Part shown: in pieces, positions 26,223-41,900 of the stretch | How the letters are laid out: each line of letters begins with the position of its first letter | Position numbering within the stretch: the stretch's first letter is position 1 | Assembly (NCBI RefSeq): GCF_006345805.1 | Contig: NC_043000.1 | Span: 48,980,001 to 49,044,000 of the forward strand | DNA from: Octopus sinensis | Taxonomy: Eukaryota | Reading direction: 5' to 3' | DNA: 64,000 nucleotides | Notes under the pieces: generated by a model | Told to the model about the DNA's origin: nothing | The model's input: only the letters and a program-made list of their open reading frames with translations | The model's database searches: none | Made by a program: the position numbers and the translations under genes

Positions 26223-29200
26223 TCACAAGTGTTTTCTTCAGATATAACGGTTACATTTAAATAAATATTGTTCGAAAGTTGAGTCCATCGTAAGCTGCAC
26301 ACAGTTAGTTTTTGGACTTGTTCTCTGGAAGATACTATTGTGTACTAGATCTATACTTCCACAAATATATATGTTCACATACAAAGAACGCCATTTTTTC
26401 AGTCTCTTTTTTCTTTTTACAAGTGAAATTCAAAAAAACTTACAGTTGTTACTTCTTAAACATTATCAAAACTGTGATCAACGATTACATACAATATTAC
26501 ATACACAAAAATTTCTGAAGTATTGGGGGGGGGGAAGAGAAGAGCAAGCGAAAGAAAATGTATTAAATTTTAACTGTTTTTGTATATTTGAAATATATAT
26601 CATACATATGTGTGTGTGTGTGTTGCTATAGTATGTTACCTCTCTATATATTCGATTGTATTGAAGTGAATACTATCACAATGTTGTAGTCAAAATAGGT
26701 TACAAGTGTAGCTTTATATTTCATGATTTCATTGAAAACTTGGCCCAGTGATCGTTAGCAATTGATAATCTACAGGTCAAAATGAATGTTCTACCAATTA
26801 TTAACCGTCTACATATGTCATTGAACATGAACACATATGAGTATATTCATACATAAATACATACACAGAAGTTTATATAAGTGTGTGTATGTGTGTGCGT
26901 GCGTATACATATATGCATATATATATTTTAGGTATCTACATGTATTTACATTACATATTTGTAGATGTATATTCACAGGAATCATATATATGGATGTAGC
27001 TATGCGCATGTGCGTCTATGTATGTGAGTGCATTTGTGAAATGATATTGACAGATTAGATTTTTATTGATTAATTCGTTAATGAGAAAATCACATTTTAA
27101 TGATTTTTTTTGTCATAACAGTATAATTAGCTATTAGTTTTAACATATGGTTTTAAGGAAGTGTAGCAACGTTCTATATGGACGCCGTATAAGTTCACAG
27201 CTTGATTTAATTATTGAGGTAATGTTTGGAGCTGGAAGGAATTATCAAATTTACTTCTATATCTAACTCTTTATTTCATATTAGATTAATTGTAGCATAT
27301 CTTCAGTTGTGTCATATTTCATCTGCCTTCAAAACGTACATTTGATTTTACATGACCTATCAATTTAAATGTTATGAACAATAGTAAAACATTATTTTAA
27401 GGTGATTAAACTCTTATATATTGATTTGATTTATATTCTACTGTGTTTTAGCTATCACAATCAAAACTCCTTCTAGGGATATCGGATAGTATCCTGTTAC
27501 TGTTTTCGCGATGGTAAAGTTATATTATTTCATCTATTCTTCACCATGGTCAAAAAAAAAATTAGCACCTTCGCTCAAAAAATGACTGGACTTGGCGTAG
27601 TGAATTTCAACTCCGAAGAATGTTAATAATTCCATTTCAGAGAGGATTGAGATAGCTTGCGTCATGATCAATAACGTAATCCGTCTGAGTGTCAGAGCCT
27701 GACATTTCATTTTTCCATTTCTTCATGACGTTTTCCCTCCATTTATATAAAGACCCCTTGAAGACAGATAGCGTTGTATATTTGTTATGTAGGAAGTTGT
27801 TAATTTTTTTAAAAATTAACATAAGATCAATGTTTCCAACTGCTGATTGAGTCATTATGGTTGAATTGTAGTCTTTACCCACAAATCAGTTCTACTTGCT
27901 GACGTTATTGTTACTTTTCTATTTAACACATTAGAATGTGTAACTTTAAAAAGGTCTACTTGCTATTTCTCGCAAATTAAGCAACTGTCTTAATATTAGC
28001 TCTCTTATATAGGCTTGGTTGATCTTGATTAGACCAAAGTTAGACTTGTTAGAAAAGATCTATAAAGAATAGCATTCTTGAAGCCACCAGTGTGTTCTCA
28101 AGAGGAATATAGAAATAAATTATCCAATGTATCTTTGGAATTTTAATACTGCATGGTTTGATGAAGGAATAAGAGGTGTCTGCTATTTTGAGAATATGAA
28201 TTACCACATAAAAGTCTCCTTCGTTTACACTTATCAATCTTATGGGGTTGGCTGATGTGGATCATCCAATCTTGTATTAAGTTATCATGCACAAACATTC
28301 GCAAACGGATGTTTCATCCACGACTTTCAGTATTCCCGAACCATTTGTTATCCATTACATATTTTAAAAAAAGACGTCTATTTATATTTTAGACTTACTT
28401 CAAAATAGAATACAGGTATGTTAATGTCAGAAAATTAAGTAATATCTTCATAACAACCACTCATTTTGTTGCAGTCTTGTCAAAATTTACTAGACTTTCC
28501 AGATATCAGAAATCGAAGTTAAAAATTCAGAAAAGAAATGGTGTATAAATATATTTGCCAAAATATTCATAATCATTTGGATCAAGAAGATAAATCTCTG
28601 GCGGCGATTGTTAACAATTCACCCAGGAAAAATAGAAATAACTTTCAAGTAATTAAGAATTCCTCAAGTTAATTTATCTACATAGAGCAAACGATCATCT
28701 GTTCTTTGTCTGCGAGCAATGGACAGCTATGGAGATGTTTTTGTCTATTAAACCAAGATGTCTGTTATACTAACACTGCATAGCTAAACAAAACCTGCAC
28801 ATCGTTGAAATAAAGTTATTTTCAAACGAATAGTGAGTAATTTTTGTCGAGTAATAATTTTCATAACTAAACAATAAAACAAGTTAAGGGGGATAACTCA
28901 AATCTACCAGTGGCATAAATTTAAATAATTAAGTTAAAGGGTGAACTATTAAACCCAGCACGCAAAAAATAATTTTGTTGAAACATCCTTTCTTATTACG
29001 GAGCTGTAATTCACAATTATTGTTGAATAATTTTTAACGTTATGCAATTAATATTTACACAGACGCACCTGATCTCATACAATAAAATTAATTATCGTCT
29101 TATTTTAATTTTCTATTCAAATCAACTAATATTTTCTAGAATATTTCAAGATTTTCTAAAATATATTCTTTACATAATTTTCACATAACAAACCGAAAAG

Positions 29201-29769
29201 AAAAGCAAAAAGAAAATAATGAAATTAGTCAGGAAATATTAATTTAATTGCTCTTGTTATTGTGTTCCCAGTTTATCCCTTATTGATTTGACATATTGTT
29301 AAAATTATGGCATTTATGTTCAGGTCTGATATATATATATATAGGATTATATTCTTCGACCTCCCCCCTCCTTCTTCAAGACAGTATGATTTTGATTCGA
29401 AGAAAAACTTAGCGCTAATTATAGAATATAGTGGGACGAGGTAGCGCTTCACTCTGTACTTGTTCCAAAATGTATATACGGCAAAACTTATTTTGTTTCA
29501 TTGGGGCTGGGGAATCACATCCCATAGTATAATGTTGTAGAAATTATCACATGAAAACCTTAACGTATTCTCAATTTCAGACGATTACTGCCTAAAAAGC
29601 ACATACTGTAGTTGTTGTAATCCAGATTAATCTTATTTATCCAGGTATATGGTGAATAGTATTTAATCCATGGGCACACCTACTTAAGAGGCTAGGAAAC
29701 ATATTGATAGATAGATAGACAGATATGTATGTGTGTGTGAGAGACAGAGAGGCAGAGAGAGAGAGAGAG

Positions 29770-29808
<39 letters not shown>

Positions 29809-32249
29809 CAAAACTTAAACAAAATTACGAAACTGGAACGGACGGAAAATTCACACACAAGACATTGACATGCTTTTTCCTCGTCAGTTATCGTCCCAAA
29901 ATATCTTTTACGATTGCCCGCCTTTAACCATAATGTCGTTCATTTTTGGGGGCGCCAACAGCAAGAAGTTGGTGGGAATAATGAGCAAAATTTGATGACA
30001 GTGACTAAAACAAATACGATGCAGGTAGTTGGTACGAATATAAATATAAATATTCAAACAAAACATAATATACTGTGTGTGTTTGTGAACTAATCAATTA
30101 TTCAATGTGTGCATTTTTCCCTGAAACGATGCGATGTTGTTTAAGGTAGCTTTATTTGATATTTCAAGAAGGCTCAGCGTTCACATCGTAGTTCCGTATT
30201 TAGAATGCTCATTTGATGGTTTTCAAATGGGCTACTTGAAATGGTAATTTTTGAAACTATTTAAAACGAAACATCTAGTTTTGCATGCTACTTTTGGCAT
30301 CCTCGTTTATCACGTACTCTCATACAGAATATATTTTGGTTTAAGCCTAATAGTAACTATTGTAGATATGTTGTAGTTTTAGTTAATTTATTTGAGTACA
30401 GAATTGGCCTTCCTTTTCTCAAGACTATCAATGTAATCCAAAATCAGTTTAAGCAGAATTAGAAAAAATAATTGAATAATAACGAAACAAAAAAAGAAAC
30501 AAGAAGCAAATTGTAATCAACCTACAACATTTTACGACATTCCTTCATCTTCGATCGAACAGGCAAACTTTTGCAGACTTGATCTCCATTCTTATTCTGG
30601 TCTAATATGTTTATGTTTTGCATTATCCAGTGTGCTCTGCCTTTTATAAGAGTCGAGTATGTCATCGTTTCGAAATATATCTGCTATTTCCAGTCGGTCA
30701 AGCTACTACTTAAAGACCATCTCAATAGCCTTTAATAATGATAACCACAACATTACTTAATTGAAGGAATAGTTTCGTATACTGTATTGGCTGACATGTA
30801 ATAATAATATTGTTGAATTTTACGTCCACTTAATGTTATTTTGCTAGTAAGCGCGCTTTGAAAATTGACTTTAAAATATGTAGGTAAATATAAATCATTA
30901 AATATGGCATTATTAAATCAGACGTAGGATAAATTTAATATGAAATTTCTATTCATAGTTACTATGAAAAAATGAATTATAATGAATTTATTACCAAATA
31001 TTTATGCTCAGTACACGTGTGAAAATGAATTCTACTAAACACATATGTGCAAGAATATATAGACATTGATATCTACACTTCATGTCGTCAGTAAAACACG
31101 ATGAAGTTATATGGAAAGCTAAATGTATTTTAAAATTAAAAGTAAATTAGTGTTGAATAACAGTGGAACACTTTAAATAACGCAACTTTTAGTTTTTTCT
31201 ACTATAAACTATTAAATTATCTTCTGTGTGAATTCTCTTGTGAATATTCGTTTGCTGATCAAATCTGATAGAATTATGGTTGCAAAGTGAATTATGCAGG
31301 ACATAAAAATAATAAAACTTAAACTATTGTAATGCTATCTTATCTTAAATACGAATAAGTATGAGAATATATAGATTATATTTTTAAAGTAGTAAAGATA
31401 TTTTTTTATTAACTAAGATTTCTAACAAATGTCATGTATATACACAGAAAAACCTGAGAAAACGGAAAGACAAGTATAAAAAGATATTTCAACGGAAATC
31501 ATTTTGATAGCAATGCCAGTACAATTTTTGAAAGATATTACGAATGAAACAGGATTTCTATTAAACATCGTATTAATGCCATAAATGCGCATCAATAATA
31601 GATAAAGAAATATAGATGGAGATTTAGAAACAGAAGGTGTTTCTCAAATTAATATTTGTATCAGAATTCAAAGCACTTCTTTCAACCCAATCTTGTTTTT
31701 CCTTTATATAGAATATTATCTTTAACACCATACGGAAATGAAACTAGAAATCACGAGCGTCTTCTTATTTTGCTTAATACTCCATTTAATATTATGGAAG
31801 CCGATAAAATCAACCCTACATATGAAAGAATGTTGTGTATCAGACATTTAAGAATATAATAATGTGAAAATCACCTATTTTTTACAATAATTCTATGAAA
31901 TTGCGAAGGAAGTATCTATCTTTCAAACCATCAGCCTACACAAACAAGTATCTCTGCATCGGTTTATGGCAGTGAAATTTCTAAGCAAGCATAATGTATA
32001 TATACACAAGGTAAAAAACTATATATATATGTGTGTCTGTGTGTGTGTGTGTGTCTGTGTGTGTGTGTGTGTATGTGTGAGTGTGTGTGCATGTGAATGT
32101 ATGTATAGGTATATGTATGTATATATATTATTGTACATAAATATATGTATATTCTATAAGTATATTTATTTTCATAATATACGTGTGTGTATAATATATA
32201 TGCACTTACATGTGTGCGTATATATTTATACATACATGTATACATCCTC

Positions 32250-32823
32250 ATCACTTTCCCTCCGCCTTCACCCTATTCTGTCCCTTTCCTATTTTTCTCT
32301 CTCGTCCCTCCCTAATTCTTCAATCCCTCTACCCATTACCTCTCTCCTCTCCTTCTACGTGCTCCGTGTTCGGTCAAGCCTGACCTTTCTTTCTTGGTTC
32401 GACTACCATCCGCGTAGCATCTCTTACATTCCTTCCCTTGACTTTCATCTTCTATGTTCCTGCTGCAAGTTTTCACTTTCACACTCGCCAGATTAATATA
32501 ATTCGTCCTTAGTCGAAAGACGCCTGTTATTAATGTCCGGTTGTTTGTATTTATAATTGTGTACCATTTCTTCGTTTTTTTCGTCCCTGTTTTTGTATAC
32601 ATTCGCTTGCTTTCTTCCAAAGAATCTAGTGCTCTTAGCTTAGATTTTCTTGGGACCTGCCAGATTAGAGCAGTCTTGAGAGTTACCAGCCGAAACCGCA
32701 AAGACAATCAGGTACTTGACTGAAGATTGAAAGCTCCGAATGACCCGTCCTTGTTTTTTCCTGACCCTTTTCGTATCGTCTAGCTGTCCGAATATTTTGT
32801 TGTCGCCAGTTACGTTCTTGTTC

Positions 32824-32885
<62 letters not shown>

Positions 32886-33140
32886 TGCATATGTATGATA
32901 CATTATGTATACCATACTATACGTTATACAATATACACTTTCGGTTAGATCTAGGCTTATCCGGACACAGTTTGTGGGATCATTACTGACAGGTCTGGAA
33001 GTGGTAGGACGGAAGAGGAAGACAGCTATCCGGAGTTTGGAGAACGTAGCTTGGAGGGGATCTTGGTGGGTAATGTTAATAATAGGAGGATTAGAGCTGG
33101 ACCCAGAGGAAGATAATGACAGGCCATCATTTACTACCCG
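32250..33140. mobile_element. Penelope-like remnants (includes one arm of the 14717-14973 family at about 32700-32825)
   Basis: CTTGACTGAAGATTGAAAGCTCCGAATGACCCGTCC is similar to 14870-14906. The minus strand near 32910-32935 reads SVYCIT, reminiscent of the PLE GIY-YIG start motif (NVIYCITC). Confidence 0.4.
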
Positions 33141-33381
33141 CCAAATGGGGGGGGGCGTTTTAATGTAGAGAGTAAATGGCAGATATTATCCGAAGAATAT
33201 TTGCAAATTAAGACGGCACTCATATATGTGTATCTTAATTTTTATCATCTCTATTATATGGATTATTTGTATGATTATTTTTATATTGAACATTGTACAA
33301 AAACATATTATATAGTTATATATATTTTATGCTTTCGATACGTGTATATTCAAGCACAGACACAAACACACATACATTGTG

Positions 33382-33421
<40 letters not shown>

Positions 33422-34149
33422 ATGCATTTGTGTGTTTGCACACCAATTCAACCCCTTATATTCACATACAAATTGTGTAAGAACCTTTTACGGGTATGCC
33501 ACCACAAAGATACATATGTAAGATTAAATTCAATTACGAATTAAAAGCATGGGTTGAAACATCGACCGCAAACACTAAATGTGTATTTTGCTTGTTTGCA
33601 GATTCGCTACAGCATAGCGCTTTGTTGATGACTCCCTCATAGACTCGGTGTTAAAACACAGACAGACGAGAAAATTCGCCTTCAACCCCATCAGGACATA
33701 CCAGAAAGTGGTTCATATGCTACCTGTATATAGTCATAGACTGGCATTTCGGTTCATCTCCTGTTCGATACAGGTACATGATATTGATAAGCCTCAAAAA
33801 TATCGTTATCCATCACTACTGAATGGGATTGCAGATGAGTTGTCTCTCCTGTCAATGTTTTTCAGGTGCTTTAACATCCAGTACTATGAGGAAGTCGACC
33901 CCTTAGCGCTATTCGTAGCGAACTTACGAACAAGCAGAACACATAGGATGTGTATGTGCCCTCAATAATACATATGGACTATTTAATGGAGGCTTTAAAA
34001 AAAGTACCGGAAGGTGGGGCAACAAAAAAACATCTTTCTAAATAAAGTATGACTCGTAATTTCAAATTGATAATTCTCCATTAAATATATGCAACAACTA
34101 CTTTTAATACATTTAGTGATGGAAGATAAATAAACAATTAATCGTTTTA

Positions 34150-34690
<541 letters not shown>

Positions 34691-37429
34691 CTTGATATGA
34701 GGAAGAATCTAGTACATAGTACATGGGGGTCAATTGACGGAATTAATAGAATGTATGACAGAATAGCTAGCAGCGTCCGGCTTGTTCCGTTATGAATACC
34801 AATCAAACGTTAGGAAACTTGTCTGTATGTAATGGACTATAAAATAAAGGCTTTAGAAAAGTACCGGAAGGTGGTGCAACGAAAAAGCATATTTTATTCG
34901 CACATGGAAGTTCAGGACAAGCAATCAACTTTCGTGAAGAAATTCATCATCAGTTGTTAGTCGATCTAATGATGCTTAAAGAAAGACATACAATAAATGT
35001 TATAGAATTCTATATAATCATTAACTGATATATAGTGATTAATTCATGTATGGATAAAATTTATCAGAAGGTCAACGGGAGTTTGTTTTTCCTCAAAATC
35101 GCCATCTTTCATTTTTGGTTAGCAAAAAAGGAAAAAAAGGGCCTGTGCCATGAAAATGACAATAGAATTGTTTCTGCGTGGAGCATGAAACCATTGGAAA
35201 TAGCAGATGATAGTACCTTGATTCACACTATCTTATTTTTTAAAAAAACATGTGATTTTGTTCACATTCATGGTTGATGTCTTAAATGGAATGTATCTAG
35301 AAATCCGATATTTCTATAATAGGTCACCTCTCACCGAGGACTGTCCTGGGACTAGGTAATAATAATAGAAATATTGCTTGTATAAGCGTGACTAAGTTAA
35401 ATTACTAATTAAAAGAAAACAAACCAAGAACAGTTTACGTTTAAACTGAAGTGGAAATACATTTGAATTAAGCATTACTTTAAATATATATTCCCTTAGT
35501 TGGCATTTTAATACCTGACCAACAGATATATCGTTGTAATTGTTGCCAGCTCAGTTTGTTATTCTGCATCATAAAACACATAATAGAACTATCACTGTTT
35601 TGTTTTTCATTTGGGAATAGGCAACAATCATCTTCATTTGGAGTCTACCTAATAGACGCTGGAACATTCAAACAATCTTTTGTATATTCTTGGTTTGGTA
35701 TATCCATGCGTTCACGTACATATACATGCATCATTTCTCTTCTAATTCAGCGAATTTAACGATGAATGCGATTGTCACGTAGTTGGATATCCTTGAAATA
35801 TTATTCCGTAACTTTAAATTAGTATTAAACACTTACTCTAATTAGAATATAATCCGAAATCAATGGTGAACTCCCTCAATCTCATTCTTTCATCACTATG
35901 ATTTACTCGATTGACCAGTATTTCAAACTGTTAAGAAATCATTAAAACACGACTTTGTATGAGATTTACACACGATGGCGCTCATCTCACGTACAACTTA
36001 ATATACATAGAATATAAATAATTTATTTGTTATAATGAAGGATATAGCATTTCAGAATTCTAGGTTAATCAGATCTTCATCTCATTAAATATATGTACCT
36101 GAAATTAATTAGTGTATATAATTACATCCCAAGAATATAGTTATATATTTCCAGTATTTCCCAATTTCTGACTGAATATTTCCGATTTTGTCGGTATCTG
36201 AGCTCAAACATCATAGCAAGCAATATTTTAAAGGTTTATGTGAGTTTACACAAAGAATATGTACATCGTGTTTCTTTTTATTGACTTATATAAGAGTGCA
36301 TATGGAAATCACATGAATTATGCTTAACAAACCTGTATTTAGCCTGGCAGAATCATTGATGAAAGAGTGTAAGGAATCAGGTGACAATTATTTTGTAACT
36401 CAAGATTTGATTCAATTTATCCCTTCCCTCATATAGCAGATTTATGAAAACTATATATTAAGGAAAACATAAACAGTGTATAACTTGACTAAGGTCATTT
36501 ACAAGAGAATGGTTGGGATTAATCAAAAGTGATAATACTTTTATTTTTATGGGTGATACTTTCGCGAGAGACGATATATGAGAATATTGTCTACGAATGG
36601 CTTATCAATTTTTATTCAAAACAACGTTGCATGCAACAACGCTTGCTTGTGCTTGTGTTAAATCATGATACAAACTTTGTTAAACAGCGAAAAATACTGA
36701 GTAGATTAAAAGGAATGGTGAAGTAGGGGAAGACATGGGCATTAGCTTTACACAGATTTAAAGCGATCCAAATTGTTGAAAGGTGTCCTTGGCCTGTCAA
36801 AATAAGGCATCCAAATCTATCCACGGAAATACAGAACAGGTATAGCTAGTATTCGATTGCTGTGCTCAAATTAATAGCACTAAGATATAAGTAGGCAAAT
36901 CAACCAATAAATACTGAATGCGTCTCAGATAAAATCAGAAACCAAAAGTGAGTTCTGGTTCTTTTTACTTGTAAGAATCGGAAAGCCTTTCAAGTTCTAA
37001 ATAGCAATTACGTATCTCTGAAATATTATTCAGATCAGAAATTTCCGGACTTTTACCAAACTAAATAGTTCCGAAATTACGTCAATGCCTGCAGAAGATG
37101 TGAGTTATGCTTAAAATTGCAAGAAATTTATGCTAATGACAGTTAAGTAATGTATTACACGTATTTTTTGTTAAATATTTAAGAAAATAAACACGTTATG
37201 TTATAAACTTTTATGCGTAACAAATCATACACGGCTGTCACCTAATAGACACCAGACATATTGCCATTATCTCATTGCTGTAAACATATATCTACCAAAA
37301 GCGACATATTTCTTTTATTATTTAGTGAAAGAAATAATGTCTGAAAGGTAAGCGATACATTTAGACTAGTAATGTTGCAGAAGACTTAGATGTACACCGA
37401 TGCATGTAGAAAACCTGGAAGAAGATGGA

Positions 37430-38400
37430 ATAGCATATATCTTCCCGCCTGATAATAAAAAAGGAGGTTTATGGTTTTTAAGGATTATAGGGATATATAT
37501 TTCGGCCAAAAGAAATAATGTTCTGTGGGTTAGTACACTGTTGTATAGTTCTATAGATTAAAGTATATTGCATTTGAAGGAGGAAGCTTTAAGGTTTTGG
37601 AAATAATTTGATTGGGATTGGAGTTGGATGCAATTCCTGCAGATTATTGAAACAAATTTCGTTAAAGCAACGCGTTACCTTCTGCATTGATTGGAGAATC
37701 CTTTTTATTTGGCAACTTTTAGCATGTAGTGGTGACGCTGGCCATATCAAAAGTGAGAAATATGGTAATGTTTACTGTGGTGTAGAGTCAAGAAGCAAAC
37801 GTTGTGGTTTCGTTTGTAAGAATTTTAATACAGATCAATACTTAGATATATTTAATATATACCAAATATTGTTACTTTGGTTGTTGGTAACGTTGATTCT
37901 GGGAAGTTAATATAGATCCCGCTTGCTAGGAATAGAAGACATTTAAAAAAAATTTGGGACGTGAGAGAGCTTACGCGCTGTTCGATGCTGCCCAAAAGTA
38001 TACTTAATTCTGGTAGTCATCTTGTACTTGTGTTTTGGTGTGCAAAAACCTCTAGTTTGATGTAATTATTCTAAAGGTATTCTTACGTTGACTCTTTACT
38101 AATCGGACAGTCTAAAGGTAATGAATAAAGTATATAATGTCTAACCGATGAACGGTCTGGGTTAAATGGCAAGAAAGCTACCAAGAGCATTGTATAATCA
38201 AGTTTTAGATTAGACATGGATACGTTAAAAGACAGTTAGATGAACGGTTTGACAATGGAAATGGAAATTCTACTTTTGATATGTTGAGACGATCGAGATC
38301 AGTGTGTTAGGATAAGTTTGTACGCAAAATAAGTGGGGTTTCGAAAACATGGTAATGGTTTGAGGAATTGAGTAATAGGAAGTAAATGTAAAGAAATATA
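37430..38400 (-). mobile_element. Highly decayed LINE-like fragment (possibly CR1 ORF2)
   Basis: Strong strand compositional skew and broken reading frames next to a clear CR1 3' end; no unambiguous motif. Confidence 0.25.
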
Positions 38401-38467
38401 GAGTGAAAGGAAAGAGAAATAATATACCAAAATAACTGAAGATCATAGCTATTTACATCTGACACGT

Positions 38468-38487
38468 ATAATAATAATAATAATAAT

Positions 38488-38534
<47 letters not shown>

Positions 38535-38915
38535 AATTATTGTATACAGTGCTCAGGTGCACCACAACTTGTCAGAAAGTGCATATAAAGTACATGCAGT
38601 AATGTAGAAATGTCTGGAAAGCGAACAATGTATGAGTCAGATACATGCTTGTGTGTGTATGGAGTAGAGGAAATCAGGTGTAGTGTTGGCGAATCTCAGG
38701 AAGCATGGACGTTTTGAAGGATGCAGTGCTCCGACAACTGACAACTAATTCCAGCTGTTTGTTCCATACTTCAGCAACTCTTAGCGTGAAAAAATGTTTC
38801 CGAAAGTCATGGGAGCTGTGCTGTTTTCTTACTTTGTAAATATGTCCACGGGTGTTAGATGGGTGGAGTTTGAAAAGGTGCTCAGAGTTATTGTTTGTAC
38901 GATGGTTGATAATTT
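38468..38915 (-). mobile_element. CR1-clade LINE 3' end with (ATT)n tail
   Basis: Minus translation IINHRTNNNSEHLFKLHPSNTRGHIYKVRKQHSSHDFRKHFFTLRVAEVWNKQLELVVSCRSTASFKTSML matches the CR1 ORF2 C-terminal pattern (TRGH..K..R..FF..RV...WN...V....FK). Short 3' UTR, then (ATT)n at 38468-38532. Confidence 0.85.
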
Positions 38916-41900
38916 TATGTATTGCATTACGTGCATTTTAAGTAACTGCTTCACATTAAGGAAAGTTCCAATTTAGAATTGTAGTCTCCCTGACTGGCGA
39001 AACACGATAGACATCTGTTTCGAGAGTACTTGTAGCTGGCTGTTATTAGATTCTGTACTAGATAATCTCTGATTAAAATGGAAGAGGAATGGGAAACCAA
39101 GTTCTCTAGACATTGGATGATATGTCATAAATCACAAAAAAATGTTAAAGCTGGAAGGCACCGCATAGGCTTTTCGAATTCAAGAATTAACTGCACTGCA
39201 TTTATTGCGATATCATGAGTCAACTTTACTGCTGCAGCTGTTTTATATTGCGTGTATTTTAAATAATGATAGAAGTTAAAATACAAATGAGTAATTATTA
39301 TATAAGAATTGCTCAAACATACAAATGCATATTGTTGCATAAGCTGTAGAGAAAAATGTATTTTATAGGTGGACATATTCCTTTACAAATTCACACACGT
39401 AAAGAGAAGCATATGAATACATAGATAAACAGCATTCATATAAGTTTATGAATGTACATGTATACATACATACATATATACATACATATATTCACATACA
39501 CACATACGTGTGTGTATACAGATACATGTATACAAATATATATGCTTTAACAACAAAAAGAATTATTCGTTAAATAATCATGTAATAAACATCTGTATCT
39601 AGCTACATATATACATAACAAATAAATATAGACACAGAATTTAATGATTCAAGTTTGATTTGTCAAAGTAAACATATCTGTCTTTTTAATCTCCGAACCA
39701 TATTTTTTTTCTTTTTTCACTTGAATTCATAAGCTAAATGTAAACAGAAATCGTTGATGTGGACATATCTAAAAAACGATCTTGTTACACACTTTCGTTC
39801 TTCTTCTCACTGCAGTGACGTTCTAAAGCATCGAATCTTTTTTACTTGAGTTTGCTCCATCTGTTTTGGATTTACCAAGCTAATCTCATTGACCAGGGCA
39901 TTATGGGCGCTTGATGAGGAGGGTTGGAATTCATTGAACAGCTGTCGTTAGAAAAAAGTATATGTTAAATGATAAGATTTGTATTTTCTTTTTCTACATC
40001 AAATTCAACGACTGCTTAATCGAATGATGGATTTTCTTTTAGTTTAACAAAATTACACAAAAAATGAATTAAGACAGAAGATTCAACTATTAACAACTTC
40101 ATCTGCTGTGCACACTAAATTATTTTCTATATATTTGCAACGGCCGAAGATCACTTCTAATGTAACAATTTATTTCGATAAACTATTAATTCACAAGTAA
40201 CAGAAAACAACACAAGCTTTTCCTCGTATAAAACATCTGTATATTTAATGTAAAATTCTTGTATTACTTGCTTTGATAACATAAAAAAAAATACTGGAGT
40301 AAAATTTTAAAGGATATAATTATCGTGTTTGAGAATAAGACATAACATGTTGACGACGTAAATCAAACTATTCCTGTTTATTTCTTTCTCCAAGAGTGCC
40401 TGACTTTTCTGAGGTTGCATACGCAAAGCGATGATTATTTTCCATACTATAATTTTGCAAGGTTTCGAGTTCAAACTGCAGAAAAAACATGTGCATTTTA
40501 TATTATTAACTCAAGTTTAGAGAACAAATCACTCGCCATTTACAGCGTTTCGTCACAGACACCGATAAATGCTACCGTCATTTACCAATGTACAGAAAGT
40601 TATAGCGAATTAGTGATAGTTAAGTATCGATAATGAACTCTTGTAAGAAGCTTTTATCATTCATCACATTTTCCCGATATTTAATTTAAATTGATAGATT
40701 ATAAATCAAATCACTCCGTATTAAATACTTAAATAAGAAAATACATCATTAATCGTCAAATAATTAAGTTATAGGGACGTCGATGATCTGAGATGATCCA
40801 CGGATCAGATATATATCCGTACGTTCTCGTGACGCTACTTTATAGCATGTGAAACCCACAGGGAAATAAAACAGGGCCTCATTACTTTATCAATGTAAAC
40901 TAAAATTTAAAATCAACTATCACGCTTCTAAACTTCTAAAGGAAAATCCATTGCAGAATTGAATTTGTGACTACAAAATAAACGTGTTATTTGTAGAAAC
41001 GAATGTTCTGCTCATGATTTCAGCCATTTAACACGATCATGGATTCAAGGATTTAATCAAACTTTTTCACCCTATACTTTTGTCTGGTACTTATATTACC
41101 GACCTCTATTTGTACAACCACTAAGTTATAGAACATAAAAGAACGCATTGTAAGCAATACTGAATTTTGCATCCTTGTGAATATATACACTATTAAACTT
41201 GTATATGATGGGCGTCCGAACATTCTCCGCCAATAAAATTCATCTAACAAGATACTAGCCATCGCGAGATGATTGAAGGAATCGGCTGCTTTATATACTA
41301 CTTAGAAGAAACCGTACTGTGGCGTTGCAAATTGTATTGCTTAAACACTAAGCTATATCCATGTCCCTATGTTATGATTTCAATTAATGAAATATATATA
41401 TATATACATATATTCATTAATGATAAAATATAACCAATATTAGTTCTTTTTTATTGAAAATAAATTTTAATGAGATTAAAAATTCAGATGAGATTATGAC
41501 CGCTGGCTTTGCGATTTTAGTGATGGCACAGTTGTACTGAAATTCAGGTATCAATATGCATTTCGAAAGAATGTATGTAATCCCCAATTTAGCTGTACAA
41601 ATTCTGTTTTCAATTTTTCGTTACAAATGTAATTTATTCTGGATTTGATATGTCCACTGGGAAATGTAATTTGGTTCAAATATGCTGTTGAGATAGGAAA
41701 TCATGCTAATATCTATTCAGATCTCTATACTGCTGTTGATATGATTATGTTATTTATTAATTGATAACTTAAAAAATACTTTCACATCCAAGAAGCAAAT
41801 TTCCAGCAGCTTAAAAGGAAATCTAAGAAATACATTTCATTATACTTTTGACAGAAAAGATATAATTTTAATTAACTAATTTGACATTTAGACCAGCAAC

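Noticed and set aside
27480-28360. Possible decayed retroelement coding remnant on minus
   Set aside because: Only compositional hints; no diagnostic motif found.
33602-33968. 106-aa ORF with an upstream ttgcag acceptor
   Set aside because: All frames from the acceptor stop early; ORF not recognisable; more likely decayed repeat.
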